Shown: positions 20,419 through 29,723, counted from the first letter of the stretch. The stretch is DNA of 64,000 bases from an uncultured Bdellovibrionales bacterium (GCA_964605525.1 CAZSCV010000002.1:69888-133887); one strand, 5' to 3'. Program-made: numbers and translations. Notes: a model not told the origin generated them from the letters alone.

Positions 20419-20448
20419 ATTTGACAAAAGTCCGCCCTGGCGGACAAA

Positions 20449-20519
20449 GGCGGGTGTCGTACAGTGGCAGTACGTTGGTCTCCAAAACCAATAACGGGAG
20501 TTCGATTCTCTCCACCCGT
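20449..20519 (+). tRNA. tRNA-Trp (anticodon CCA)
   Basis: Acceptor GCGGGTG/CACCCGT (G1.U72), D stem GTAC/GTAC, anticodon stem TTGGT/ACCAA with loop CTCCAAA, T arm GGGAGTTCGATTCTCTC. Preceded by a GTCCGCC-ctg-GCGGAC hairpin. Confidence 0.75.
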
Positions 20520-20530
20520 GCATATCAATT

Positions 20531-20557
20531 AAAAAACGCTTGAATAAGGCGTTTTTT
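20531..20557 (+). terminator. rho-independent terminator after tRNA-Trp
   Basis: AACGC-ttgaataag-GCGTT stem followed by T6. Confidence 0.6.
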
Positions 20558-20687
20558 ACGTTTTTGCTGTAGGTTTATTTGACACACAATGATTTTTATG
20601 CTATCATAAGTAGTTATTGAGGAATAACCCTCAATACAATCCTCAGCGATCGAGGGATCACTCTCGACGCAAAAAAGGAGGCCAGTT

Positions 20688-21122
20688 ATGGCAAATTTAG
20701 TTCTTATTGGTAAAGAAGGACAAATCAAGGCAAAGTTATCCTGCTCTGCATCCTTGCCTCCGGACTTCAAAGTTCCGGAAGGCTGCATTTTAAGCTGGGA
20801 TGATCAGCCGCATCGTGCCGAAGGATGGTATAAGGGCAACCAGAATCGTGGTCCGGAAATCATCAAGCACAGGAGTGCAAGCGCAGTACTGAGGAACTAC
20901 CATCCTACAGTTCATATTCGAATCGAGAGTTCGGATGCCAGAGATCTGTTTGAGCTGATTGAGATCGTATGGCTGCACATTGGCGGAACAGTTATCCCTG
21001 CCAGATGGCCAGCCGAGAGAGATCAATCGTTTATCGCTGGCGTTCAGGGTGATTGCAGGCGATTGAAGGATGGGATTGTTCGGGTCAAACAAGTCATTGG
21101 AATGAAACTCGCCTCTCTCTAG
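20688..21122 (+). CDS. hypothetical protein, compositionally foreign (about 50% GC)
   Basis: Strong RBS AAGGAGG 7 nt upstream. GC and codon usage unlike the flanking genes. No recognised family. Confidence 0.55.
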   Translation: MANLVLIGKEGQIKAKLSCSASLPPDFKVPEGCILSWDDQPHRAEGWYKGNQNRGPEIIKHRSASAVLRNYHPTVHIRIESSDARDLFELIEIVWLHIGGTVIPARWPAERDQSFIAGVQGDCRRLKDGIVRVKQVIGMKLASL

Positions 21123-21207
21123 GGGGGGGTGGCATAAGCTAATGATGCAAACGAAAGGGTTCTCTAGCCGAGCTAGTTGATCCCTTTTTTGTTTATTGAA
21201 TGATGGG

Positions 21208-21244
21208 CCAGTGATTTACAACAGACCATCACTGGTCTTTTTTA
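21208..21244 (+). terminator. rho-independent terminator (CCAGTGAT...ATCACTGG + T-run) fused to repeat copy A
   Basis: 8-bp perfect stem followed by TCTTTTTT. Confidence 0.65.
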
Positions 21245-21340
21245 TTTCATCAAAACCATCGCTCTCTCCAATCTAATTTCAATCACATCCCAATTCTCCA
21301 ATATATTGGTTCGAAGCGTGTACCCTAGTCTGTGCAAAAT
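21238..21340. repeat. copy A of a roughly 105-bp intergenic repeat family (TTTTTTATTTCATCAAAACC...CCAATATATTGGTTCGAAGCGTGTACCCTAGTCTGTGCAA)
   Basis: Near-identical to copy C at 31786-31886; diverged copy B at 22969-23071. Contains the 12-bp perfect palindrome CCAATATATTGG. Confidence 0.8.
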
Positions 21341-21601
21341 AAAGCAGTTTTCTTTACGGAGGCTGTTTTTTTTGTCAGAAAATCTTTTTTAGCGTAACTT
21401 CTTTTTCTTCCATAGCGTTAATTGAGTTAACCCTCCAGTTTACCAGAAAAAGGGGCTTCGGGGTTTGAATTCGGGCCATGGCTGAGGGCTGGACATTTTT
21501 ATTTATTTGTGCAATAATCAAATGTTGCCAAATGATTGGCATCCCTTGAATGCAGGTGGCATTCACAGTTCCTAAAACCCTAAAATGGGAAAGGAGATGC
21601 T

Positions 21602-22915
21602 ATGAAAACGAAAGGGGAAAAAGATGGCTTGTTGGGAGGTGCAATGGCTTTCTATCATGATAAGGGCTTTGTTCCTGCATTTAAGCAAGCAATGCGATAT
21701 GCTGCAGGACGTGCTGGCCGAGTTGGGACTATGCTGGACTGGGTGGATGCACGATTAGCAATACCGCCGTACGAAAAACTGGGCATGCATGACACATCAA
21801 ATCCAACTCCTTGGGATCAGTACTACACAACCATGTCTGCTGAGTATGTTGGTATCAGCAAGGGTGGAACCAAAATCTTGATCGTTGCTCATGGTATCGG
21901 ACCAATGGCAACACTTGATGGTGTCGTCGAAGCATATCGATATCATTATAATGATAAGACACGCCGGACTGAGGGTGGCCGTATTTCAGTGGAGGAGTTC
22001 CGGAAGCTTGAGAGTGGCATCTATGGTGACGTGGTGATTGTCGATCTTGAAGAGTATGTATTTGAGCGTGAGTATCCGTTCATTGCAACTCTCCACTATT
22101 TTGATGCACTGGATGACTCAGTGCTTAAGGCTCGCCTTGGCTCAAGGGCTGATGAGTACATTGAGCAACATGCAAATTATGCAAGGAAATACCATCTGGA
22201 TGCTCATCAGCGTATGATTATAGATCCCTACATTATAGGGAACGAAGGACCGGGAATGTACTGGGTCAAAAATACCAAGCCCGAAGATGGTCTTGCATAT
22301 GCTCATCTTCTGAGCGTCGGTGCGATTACGAATTTACATGTCAGCCAAAGCGAGCATCGGGTCCCCAGCTGGGTGTCTGATGTGAACACACATGGTTGGT
22401 ATGACGGTACTCGCCTGATTGGTATTCCTGAGGGTAAGCTTGCATCTATCGGCAAAGGCCCTGATGCATATCGCCTGCTGCGCAAGCACTGGCAAGAGCT
22501 TTTTGAGCCGAGTGGTCTCAACCGCTCACCCGATGGGCTCTTCGTTCTGATGCAAATGCCGGACAAGACGTGGTTCACGCAGTTCCAGAAGAAGGGAGCT
22601 AGCGCTGACAGCTACGAACCGGAATTCCGTGTGACGTCGATGGAGAAGGTGGGGGAACTTGCTCGGTTTTACACCGAGTCGAACTATCCCGTCCCGATCT
22701 TCCGATACGACATCCGCGAGGCGCAGGCTGTGCTTTCCAAAGAAACCAATGCTTACGAACTCGTTGGTGATCCGACCAAGACAGGTGGTGCTGATAGTCA
22801 GGAGACCTGTCTCGTGCAGGGCTATCGCATCGAAATTGACCATACGCAACGGCTTATGCGACAAGAAGTATTGGCCAATAATTACGAAAAGATGATGCAG
22901 CTTCACGAGAAGTAA
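21602..22915 (+). CDS. hypothetical protein, compositionally foreign (about 50% GC), 437 aa
   Basis: RBS GGAAAGGAG; no recognisable domain by inspection. Confidence 0.55.
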   Translation: MKTKGEKDGLLGGAMAFYHDKGFVPAFKQAMRYAAGRAGRVGTMLDWVDARLAIPPYEKLGMHDTSNPTPWDQYYTTMSAEYVGISKGGTKILIVAHGIGPMATLDGVVEAYRYHYNDKTRRTEGGRISVEEFRKLESGIYGDVVIVDLEEYVFEREYPFIATLHYFDALDDSVLKARLGSRADEYIEQHANYARKYHLDAHQRMIIDPYIIGNEGPGMYWVKNTKPEDGLAYAHLLSVGAITNLHVSQSEHRVPSWVSDVNTHGWYDGTRLIGIPEGKLASIGKGPDAYRLLRKHWQELFEPSGLNRSPDGLFVLMQMPDKTWFTQFQKKGASADSYEPEFRVTSMEKVGELARFYTESNYPVPIFRYDIREAQAVLSKETNAYELVGDPTKTGGADSQETCLVQGYRIEIDHTQRLMRQEVLANNYEKMMQLHEK

Positions 22916-22930
22916 AAGCATCGAAATCCT

Positions 22931-22974
22931 GCGGAGCCGCACCCACAGCAATATGTGGGTCGCGGCTCTTTTTT
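22931..22974 (+). terminator. rho-independent terminator (GAGCCGC...GCGGCTC + T6) fused to repeat copy B
   Basis: Long GC-rich stem-loop followed by a T-run. Confidence 0.6.
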
Positions 22975-23071
22975 ATTTCATCAAAATTCTTACTTGCTCT
23001 AATTTTGCCTTAACACTTTCCCAATTTTCCACCATTAAAGTTCGAAGTATATACCTTCTCCTGTGCTGATG
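22969..23071. repeat. copy B (diverged) of the roughly 105-bp repeat family
   Basis: Shares TTTTTTATTTCATCAAAA...CCAATTTTCC...AGTTCGAAGTATATACC...GTGCTGATG with copies A and C. A further right-end fragment is at about 23868-23915. Confidence 0.65.
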
Positions 23072-23233
23072 AAAAACGAGGCTTATTTGAGCTTTGTTTT
23101 TGTTTGGGGACTGGACATGATAACTTCTTTTAGTGTCTACCAACGCGCATTGAATAAAGGCAGGAACTATGTTAGTATCGAGGTGGATTATAAATTAATT
23201 CACCTTGTTTTTATTAGATTAAAAAAATGCAAT

Positions 23234-23770
23234 ATGACAAACAAATTAGAAAAATGGGAGGAAATTTCCAGAGAGGAAATTTTTAGTAAATATGGGAGAG
23301 GCATTGAAAAAGTTGATTTCAAATTGCCAAATGGAGAAATCACTGATTTCTATATCAAAAAGGAAAGTGTTTTCGTGGCTACCCTAGCGATAACCAAAGA
23401 TGAAAAAATCATTCTTGTTAAGCAATTCAGACCAGGACCAAAAGAAATTCTTACTGAATTGCCTGGTGGTTATGTTGACAAAGGCGAGATTCCGAAGCAA
23501 GCGGCAGAAAGAGAACTTTTAGAAGAGACTGGGTATAAGGGAAGCGCAGAATTTGTAACATCTATCATTGGCGACGGTTATTCTACGATGGAAAAAAATT
23601 GTGTCGTGGTGACTGATTGTGAGAAAGTTTCCGAACAAAAACTTGAAGAAAATGAATTTACTGAAGTTGTGTTGATGTCAATTGCAGAATTTAGAGAATT
23701 GCTTAGAAGTGGAAAAAGCTCAGATGTTGAAGTCGGATATCTTGGTTTGGATTACTTAGGATTATTGTAG
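23234..23770 (+). CDS. NUDIX hydrolase (ADP-ribose pyrophosphatase-like)
   Basis: Nudix box GGYVDKGEIPKQAAERELLEETGY. Start chosen at the internal ATG (MTNKLEKWEE), because the upstream part of ORF 23063 overlaps repeat B. Confidence 0.75.
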   Translation: MTNKLEKWEEISREEIFSKYGRGIEKVDFKLPNGEITDFYIKKESVFVATLAITKDEKIILVKQFRPGPKEILTELPGGYVDKGEIPKQAAERELLEETGYKGSAEFVTSIIGDGYSTMEKNCVVVTDCEKVSEQKLEENEFTEVVLMSIAEFRELLRSGKSSDVEVGYLGLDYLGLL

Positions 23771-24140
23771 ATAAAAAAATAGTGAGCAGGAGAGTGGGGT
23801 AATTTATATTTGCTGGCTTAAGTCTGGAATATAAATATATTCCTTTCTTTTCATAAAAATAGTTCTAACGTCCTTTACTACCCCGTGCATATAAAACAAG
23901 GCTTATTTGCTAGAGTCTTGTTTTCGTGTCTTGTGGATTGGGGTTAGAATTGTGATATAATGGGCATATGAAAATAAATAAATTGACTCCGGAAGAAAAA
24001 AGAATAATTATCGACGCGGTAGCTACCTATGAGTAAAATTGGATTAGGTCTATAAAGTGGTTTAACAACGGGGATGGGCGGGTGTAAGATATTAGTATAA
24101 TCTAAATTATACTAATCTGAATTATAGATATTATAAAAAT

Positions 24141-24215
24141 ACTAAGAATTCAGGAATTTCAGCCAAAGACTGATCCGCCTATGGCGGAAATTCAGTAATA
24201 AGTTCAGTAATAAAC
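24141..24215. repeat. left boundary repeat of defense-like island (GAATTCAGGAATTTCAG...CCGCCTATGGCGG AAATTCAGTAATAA GTTCAGTAATAAAC)
   Basis: Shares the core GGAATTCAGTAATAAA (direct) and the GAATTCAGGAATT/AATTCCTGAATTC module with 30190-30262. Confidence 0.6.
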
Positions 24216-24231
24216 TTATTAAAACAAAAAA

Positions 24232-24396
24232 ATGCCAAGAAGAAAATCGGAAGATAATAATATCAGGAAATTGACCAAATCCGGCAACGGGTCAATTGGG
24301 CTAACGCTTCCGATTGAAGTTGTTCGCGAACTTGGTTGGAAAGAAAAGCAGAAAGTTTACCCCGTAGTCAGCCCCGATGTACTACTGGGGTGGTAG
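24232..24396 (+). CDS. AbrB/SpoVT (MazE-like) swapped-hairpin DNA-binding small protein, 54 aa
   Basis: KLTKSGNGSIGLTLPIEVVRELGWKEKQKV is typical of AbrB/MazE-type antitoxin or regulator domains. Below the ORF-track cutoff. Confidence 0.5.
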   Translation: MPRRKSEDNNIRKLTKSGNGSIGLTLPIEVVRELGWKEKQKVYPVVSPDVLLGW

Positions 24397-24539
24397 TCAA
24401 ACGAGTCCGTGGAGGCGTGCTGGTTAAGGACTGGAAAAATAAGATTTTATAAAAACTATGGCAAGCGAAAAGAAAATTGAGGCTTTTGAAAAAACCCTTT
24501 TTAAGGTGGCAGATAAATTGCGAAAAAAATATAAATATT

Positions 24540-25958
24540 ATGGATATAAGCGAAATTAAAAAAATAATTAATAGGGCTTTCGATGCTCGTTCAGAGCTAA
24601 GCGGAATAGAATTTAAAGATGCGCGCGGTGGATTTCCAGCAGACCCAACGGCAAAAACTCTTTCTGCTTTTGGCAATACGAAAGGTGGCGTTATTGTATT
24701 TGGCGCGTTGGAACATAAAGATCGTTCTTTGGAAATTGTTGGCACGCAAAATTCTGCAGTACTACAAGAGCGTATGGCACAGTTGTCATCTGAAGGCATG
24801 AGTGAAGTATTGCGTCTGGAATATCAAATCCTTTCTATGGAAGGAAAAACAGTTTTGGCAGTAGTTGTTCCGGAATGCCGTAGTCATGTTAAGCCATATT
24901 ATGTAAAAAAATTTGGTATGGATAGAGGTGCATTTGTGCGTGACGGTATTACGGATCGTCAGATGACAGCCGAGGAAGTGCGAAGTTGCGTGCGTAATGC
25001 GCAAGTTGATGATTTTGATGGAAATTGTGCGGATAATCTAATCAAAGAAGATCTATCGATTATAAAAATTGAAAATTTTCTCAAAAAAAGTGCAAAAAAG
25101 GTTGGACGTATTTTTGATAGTGTTGACGATGTGCTTCTTAAAAATATCGGCGTGGCACGTGAATGTGGTGGTGTTTTACGCCCAACAATTGCAGGTTATC
25201 TTATTTTTGCAAATCAAAATCCGCAAAACACTCTTCAGTTTGAGCGTTATAAGATTAGATGTGTCAGATTTAAGGGATCAGGAGTAGCGAGTGATATTAT
25301 TGATAAAGCAGATATCGTTGGCACACTGGATGAACAGATTGATGTTATGGAATCTTTTGTATTACGCAATATTAAAAATAGTGCTGAAATTGTAGGCACT
25401 AAACGAGTTGAGAGATATGAATATCCGGAAAAAGCAGTTCGCGAGATTTTGGCTAATGCTGTTATTCATAGGGATTATCGTATCACAGAAACATATACGC
25501 AAGTCAATATTTTTGACGATCGTATAGAAGTATTTAATCCAGGGAACTTGCCTCCGGGTGTAACAGTGGAAAATATTAAGGATGCGCAAGAGAGTCGCAA
25601 TCGCATCATAGCAGCTCGTCTTAATGAAATGGACTATCTTGAAGAATATGGTCGTGGTATCGATATAGTTTTTACATTGATGTCAGCATGGGGATTGTTG
25701 CCGCCAATTTTCAAAAACTCATCAAATAGCTTTAAGGTTGTCCTACCAGGTGAAAGATTGAGTAAATTAAATGATCGTCAGATTAAAATTTGGCAATATT
25801 TGATGGACAACAATAGATTAAATCGTAAGGATGTTGAAAAGATATTACCAGATACCCCCGTGGAAACTATCAAATATGATTTACGAAAAATGAAGGATAT
25901 GGGTCTTATTGGCCAACGAGGCGAATCTATTAACACATATTATGAGGCAGCCTTTTAG
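24540..25958 (+). CDS. AlbA_2 (Schlafen-like) DNA-binding domain + HATPase_c_4 ATP-binding protein (putative regulator, COG2865-like)
   Basis: N-terminal IKKIINRAFDARSELSGIEFKDARGGFP...GGVIVFG AlbA_2-type; C-terminal RecG-C/HATPase_c_4-like region and winged HTH. Confidence 0.55.
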   Translation: MDISEIKKIINRAFDARSELSGIEFKDARGGFPADPTAKTLSAFGNTKGGVIVFGALEHKDRSLEIVGTQNSAVLQERMAQLSSEGMSEVLRLEYQILSMEGKTVLAVVVPECRSHVKPYYVKKFGMDRGAFVRDGITDRQMTAEEVRSCVRNAQVDDFDGNCADNLIKEDLSIIKIENFLKKSAKKVGRIFDSVDDVLLKNIGVARECGGVLRPTIAGYLIFANQNPQNTLQFERYKIRCVRFKGSGVASDIIDKADIVGTLDEQIDVMESFVLRNIKNSAEIVGTKRVERYEYPEKAVREILANAVIHRDYRITETYTQVNIFDDRIEVFNPGNLPPGVTVENIKDAQESRNRIIAARLNEMDYLEEYGRGIDIVFTLMSAWGLLPPIFKNSSNSFKVVLPGERLSKLNDRQIKIWQYLMDNNRLNRKDVEKILPDTPVETIKYDLRKMKDMGLIGQRGESINTYYEAAF

Positions 25959-25961
25959 AGG

Positions 25962-26078
25962 AATTAACCGCAATTAACCGTAATAGTAAAAAATGGCTTA
26001 GGGAGGGGGAGGGGGAGGGTGTATAATGCCTAAAGGAATTAACCGCAATTAACCGTAATAGTAAAAAATAGCTTAAAA
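25962..26078. repeat. two 41-bp direct repeats (GGAATTAACCGCAATTAACCGTAATAGTAAAAAAT.GCTTA) separated by a G-tract GGGAGGGGGAGGGGGAGGG
   Basis: Read directly: 25962-26002 and 26037-26078. Each repeat contains AATTAACCG twice. The intervening G3-5 tracts fit a G-quadruplex motif. Confidence 0.7.
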
Positions 26079-26424
26079 TAAGGATTTTAAGGGTATGGAG
26101 TTTTAGACGAAATTAGACGAATTAAACGCAATGTCGAAAAAGGCTTAAATAAAAGACTTATGATCGTGTAGCCTTTTAAATTAAAGAATCTTAAAGGAAA
26201 CATTGGAGATTGGGGAAAGGGAGAAATATGAAAAGAAGATTGGGGTGGCCAAAAAAGAGGGTCGGAAATGCCGGTCTTTTGGATATAATCGCAATCATCT
26301 GACTGGATTACAAACTGGAATTGCTGCGAAGTTGCCCTTGCGATGCTCATTTGAGAAAGTGTTGAGTAATCAGTTGCTTGATGGTATTATATAAATATAA
26401 TAACATCCCTTAATTTCAACAAAT

Positions 26425-27447
26425 ATGGAACGAAAAGACATTATTAAAAAAATTGAGACATTGCGAAGCTCAAAGGTGATAACCTACGCAACCAGTGATC
26501 GGCAAGGTCCAGTCAATGCTCGGGTGGCGATGGATATTATTCCGATTATCAGCTCGCAACTGCGAAAGATTGGGAAGCAAGAAAAGATTGATTTGGTGCT
26601 GTATAGCGCAGGAGGCGACACCATGGTGCCATGGCGCTTGGTTTCGATGATTCGCGAGTATTGCGACCAGTTTTCTGTAATAATCCCATATAAAGCCCAT
26701 AGTGCGGCCACTATGATTTCTTTGGGAGCGGATGAAATTGTGATGAGCGATATGAGCGAGCTTTCACCGATTGATCCGTCCACAGCCAATGTTTTCAATC
26801 CGATTGACCCGCAAAATCCGCAAAAACGCATCCCGATTTCCGTGGAAGAAGTGATGAGCTATTTTGATTTGGCAAAAAACAAGTTTGGAATCAAGAGCGA
26901 TGAGGAACTGACCAAGATTTTCAACAAGTTTGTGGAAAGCACACCATCCATCCATCCTTTGGCTTTGGGTAATGTTAATCGAACACACAATCTGATTAAA
27001 ATCCTAGCGAAAAGATTACTTAAGAGCCATAAGGAGTCGATGAAAGAGGATGAGGTGGAAAAAGTGATTGAATTCCTGACGGAAAAATTATATTCACATC
27101 AATACTACATTGGAAGAAAAGAAGCCAAGGAAGATCTCGGCATTAAGTCTGTGGTTTTTGCTGGCCAAGATCTTTCTGATCTGATGACGGATATTTATGA
27201 AGAGTATGAAAAGGAAATGAATATGCGAAAAATGTGGAATCCGGAGAATGAAATCGGCGGCAATGCAGAAACTAGAAAAGAATATAAAATCGCATTCGTC
27301 GAAAGCGCGGAAACGAGCAATCATTTTGGAATCAATATGGAATTTAAAAAAGTCCAACAAAACATCCCACAACAAACTCCGCAAGGAATCATTCAAATTC
27401 CACAGGAGCAAATTGTTTGGAGAATGATTGGACAGGGGTGGAAATAA
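26425..27447 (+). CDS. Clp-fold serine protease (SDH/SppA-ClpP-like)
   Basis: LVLYSAGGDTMVPWRLVSMIREYCDQFSVIIPYKAHSAATMISLGADEIVMSDMSELSPIDP resembles the ClpP/crotonase-fold catalytic core (Ser, then His/Asp). Confidence 0.45.
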   Translation: MERKDIIKKIETLRSSKVITYATSDRQGPVNARVAMDIIPIISSQLRKIGKQEKIDLVLYSAGGDTMVPWRLVSMIREYCDQFSVIIPYKAHSAATMISLGADEIVMSDMSELSPIDPSTANVFNPIDPQNPQKRIPISVEEVMSYFDLAKNKFGIKSDEELTKIFNKFVESTPSIHPLALGNVNRTHNLIKILAKRLLKSHKESMKEDEVEKVIEFLTEKLYSHQYYIGRKEAKEDLGIKSVVFAGQDLSDLMTDIYEEYEKEMNMRKMWNPENEIGGNAETRKEYKIAFVESAETSNHFGINMEFKKVQQNIPQQTPQGIIQIPQEQIVWRMIGQGWK

Positions 27448-27448
27448 A

Positions 27449-27733
27449 ATGAAAAATTTAATCAACATAGAAATCAAAGATTCATTCAACAAGAAGGATC
27501 ACTCATACAAAAAAGATGAAGATATTTCCAATCATGTCTCCACGCTAAATGATACAAAAAACATTTTGGAAACTTATTCTGCTAGTGTGGGATCGATTAC
27601 GGGACATCATTTTGATGGAAGTATAAATATTGTAAAAAATCAAGGAAAAGGAATTTGGAGAGAAATTATTATTGGAACTACCAGTGCAGTTCTTGGTGCA
27701 GTTATAAGTTATTTCATTTTTGGAATTAAGTAA
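27449..27733 (+). CDS. small protein with C-terminal TM anchor (operon partner of the protease)
   Basis: Start 2 nt after the protease stop; C-terminal IIIGTTSAVLGAVISYFIFGI helix. Confidence 0.4.
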   Translation: MKNLINIEIKDSFNKKDHSYKKDEDISNHVSTLNDTKNILETYSASVGSITGHHFDGSINIVKNQGKGIWREIIIGTTSAVLGAVISYFIFGIK

Positions 27734-27739
27734 TAAAAT

Positions 27740-28429
27740 ATGAAGAAGTATAAAATTGATATTTATGTATTGTTGCCTGCAATAGCATTCTTGGTGGGTT
27801 GGTTTTTAAAAGGGCTCATAAATTTCAATATAATCAAATTACTAAATTCAAATTTTTTTGTTGCTCTTATCACTGCAATAGTGGGCTATACTGCTATCCA
27901 TTTGTATAAAAAACAGCAAGCAGATAATAAGAAAAATGCTGCAAGACTTATCATACAGGAAATAAGATATGCGGAACAACAAATACGAAATGCAAAAATG
28001 TTGACGCCTGCAGTAGAAACCAATTATTATTTGGCATTAAAATTATTACCAACAAATAGCTGGCATAAAAACATACATTTATTTGTTGAGGATTTGCAAG
28101 AAGAAAATCAACTTGATCTCGTTAGTCAATTTTACTCCCAAGCAGCTTATCTGGATAGCGTAATTGAAATAATTTCCAACGAAAAAAACAAGACATGGAA
28201 TGTTGTAAAATCCTCACTTCTTGCAAATGAAAAAGGTCAAATGCAAATAGCAATGGGGCTTATCCTTCCCTCTGGACATAGTACATTAGACGCTTCAAAT
28301 GAAAATTTTAAAATTGAATTAAAGCTTCAGGCCAATCAAATTTTATCTGATGTTACAGGCAAAATAGAGTTTATATATAATTCTTCTGCTGTGGATAAAT
28401 TAAGATCTATTGCTAAAGGTAAGTTGTAA
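27740..28429 (+). CDS. membrane protein with two N-terminal TM helices and cytoplasmic domain
   Basis: Tightly spaced in the same operon; no family recognised. Confidence 0.45.
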   Translation: MKKYKIDIYVLLPAIAFLVGWFLKGLINFNIIKLLNSNFFVALITAIVGYTAIHLYKKQQADNKKNAARLIIQEIRYAEQQIRNAKMLTPAVETNYYLALKLLPTNSWHKNIHLFVEDLQEENQLDLVSQFYSQAAYLDSVIEIISNEKNKTWNVVKSSLLANEKGQMQIAMGLILPSGHSTLDASNENFKIELKLQANQILSDVTGKIEFIYNSSAVDKLRSIAKGKL

Positions 28430-28441
28430 AAAATATTAATT

Positions 28442-29215
28442 ATGAAAAAGGACGACCAGCGATGGACACGAGAACAGACAATAGTCGCTTTTAACTTATA
28501 TTGTAAAATCCCTTTCAATAGAGTTACTTCAAGTCACCCTGAAATAATAAAAATCGCCAAAATTATCGGTCGGAGTGTAAATTCGGTAAAAATGAAAATA
28601 GGCAATTTTGGAAGTTTTGATCCAGAGCTTAAAAAAAGAGGAATTGTTGGACTTACCAATGCAAGCAAGCTGGATGAGGTTGTTTGGAATGAATTTAATA
28701 ATAATTGGGATGATTTGGCTTTCGAAAGCGAAAAAATATTAACGAGCTTTGAGGGAGGGGACATTTTGAAAAATGCACAAGCCAGTGAAGATAATTTTTG
28801 TTTTGTGGAAGGAATTGAAAAGGAAAGATTGGTAAAGACAAGGGTAAATCAAAGCTTTTTTCGCCAGACAGTTTTATCTGCGAATAATTCATCCTGTTGT
28901 ATTACTGGAATAGATATTCCAGCACTTCTTATTGCCAGTCATATAATTCCTTGGAGCAAAGCGGCCAAAGACAGGCTAAACCCACGAAACGGATTATGTC
29001 TGAATGCCCTGCATGACAAAGCTTTCGATAAAGGACTGATGACTATTACCCCTGACTTTAAAATAAAAATATCTCCAAAAATACTCGAGAACCCGAGTGC
29101 GCCAATTGAAAAATGGATAGCCAGTTTTGAAGGTAAAAATATAATAATTCCAGAAAGATTTGTGCCAACAACTCAAATACTTGAGTATCATAATAAAAAT
29201 ATTTTTCAATTATGA
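28442..29215 (+). CDS. HNH endonuclease (HNH_2 / putative restriction endonuclease family)
   Basis: CCITGIDIPALLIASHIIPWS...NGLCLNALHDKAFDKGLMTI matches the HNH_2 core. Confidence 0.65.
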   Translation: MKKDDQRWTREQTIVAFNLYCKIPFNRVTSSHPEIIKIAKIIGRSVNSVKMKIGNFGSFDPELKKRGIVGLTNASKLDEVVWNEFNNNWDDLAFESEKILTSFEGGDILKNAQASEDNFCFVEGIEKERLVKTRVNQSFFRQTVLSANNSSCCITGIDIPALLIASHIIPWSKAAKDRLNPRNGLCLNALHDKAFDKGLMTITPDFKIKISPKILENPSAPIEKWIASFEGKNIIIPERFVPTTQILEYHNKNIFQL

Positions 29216-29713
29216 TTGCTAAAACAACATATATTCGGCCGAATATTACGATTGAATATGAGATTATCGGATCAAGAAAGTTTTACATATATAATTACAA
29301 GGGAATCCATTATAGGGTTTTTTGTTCGTTGAAAAATTTACGAAATTTTATTACAAAGGCATGCGAAACATGGATTTTTGAATGTGGCACTGAAAATGAA
29401 TTAGAAAAATATTTATACAGCCATATCCAAGCACATTAAAATCAAGAATTTTTTGGTTGCGATCGCGTTGGGCATGACACCAAATAAGAAATGGGACGGC
29501 TTCACTAAGGCGCACGGCGGCTATATTATTGTCAGGGAGGACGGGGAACTTGTTTGTTATCATCTCTATAATAGAGATGAGTTTCAAAATTATCTTTACA
29601 AGAATACCAAATTGGATACGCCAAGCACAACCAGACATAAATTCGGGAGTATTTATGAAGAAAACGGAGAGAAAAAAGTAAAATATAATCTGCAAATAAG
29701 GTTTATAAAATAG
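29212..29713 (+). pseudogene. frameshifted remnant ORFs (29212-29439 frame 1; 29453-29713 frame 2), possibly a decayed restriction endonuclease
   Basis: Two short adjacent ORFs in different frames immediately upstream of vsr. No methyltransferase present. Family not identifiable by eye. Confidence 0.3.
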
Positions 29714-29723
29714 TATTCAAATC

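Noticed and set aside
20156-20528. Minus-strand ORFs 20156..20515, 20320..20523 and 20325..20528
   Set aside because: They cover the tRNA-Thr 3' exon, rpmG and tRNA-Trp on the opposite strand and are not supported.
25962-26078. Possible CRISPR array
   Set aside because: There are only two direct repeats of 41 bp with a G-tract between them, with no regular repeat-spacer periodicity and no cas genes. This is not a CRISPR array.
26203-26394. 63-aa ORF between the iteron-like repeats and the protease operon
   Set aside because: It has no RBS, a low-complexity basic sequence and no homolog recognisable. This is more likely a non-coding regulatory region.
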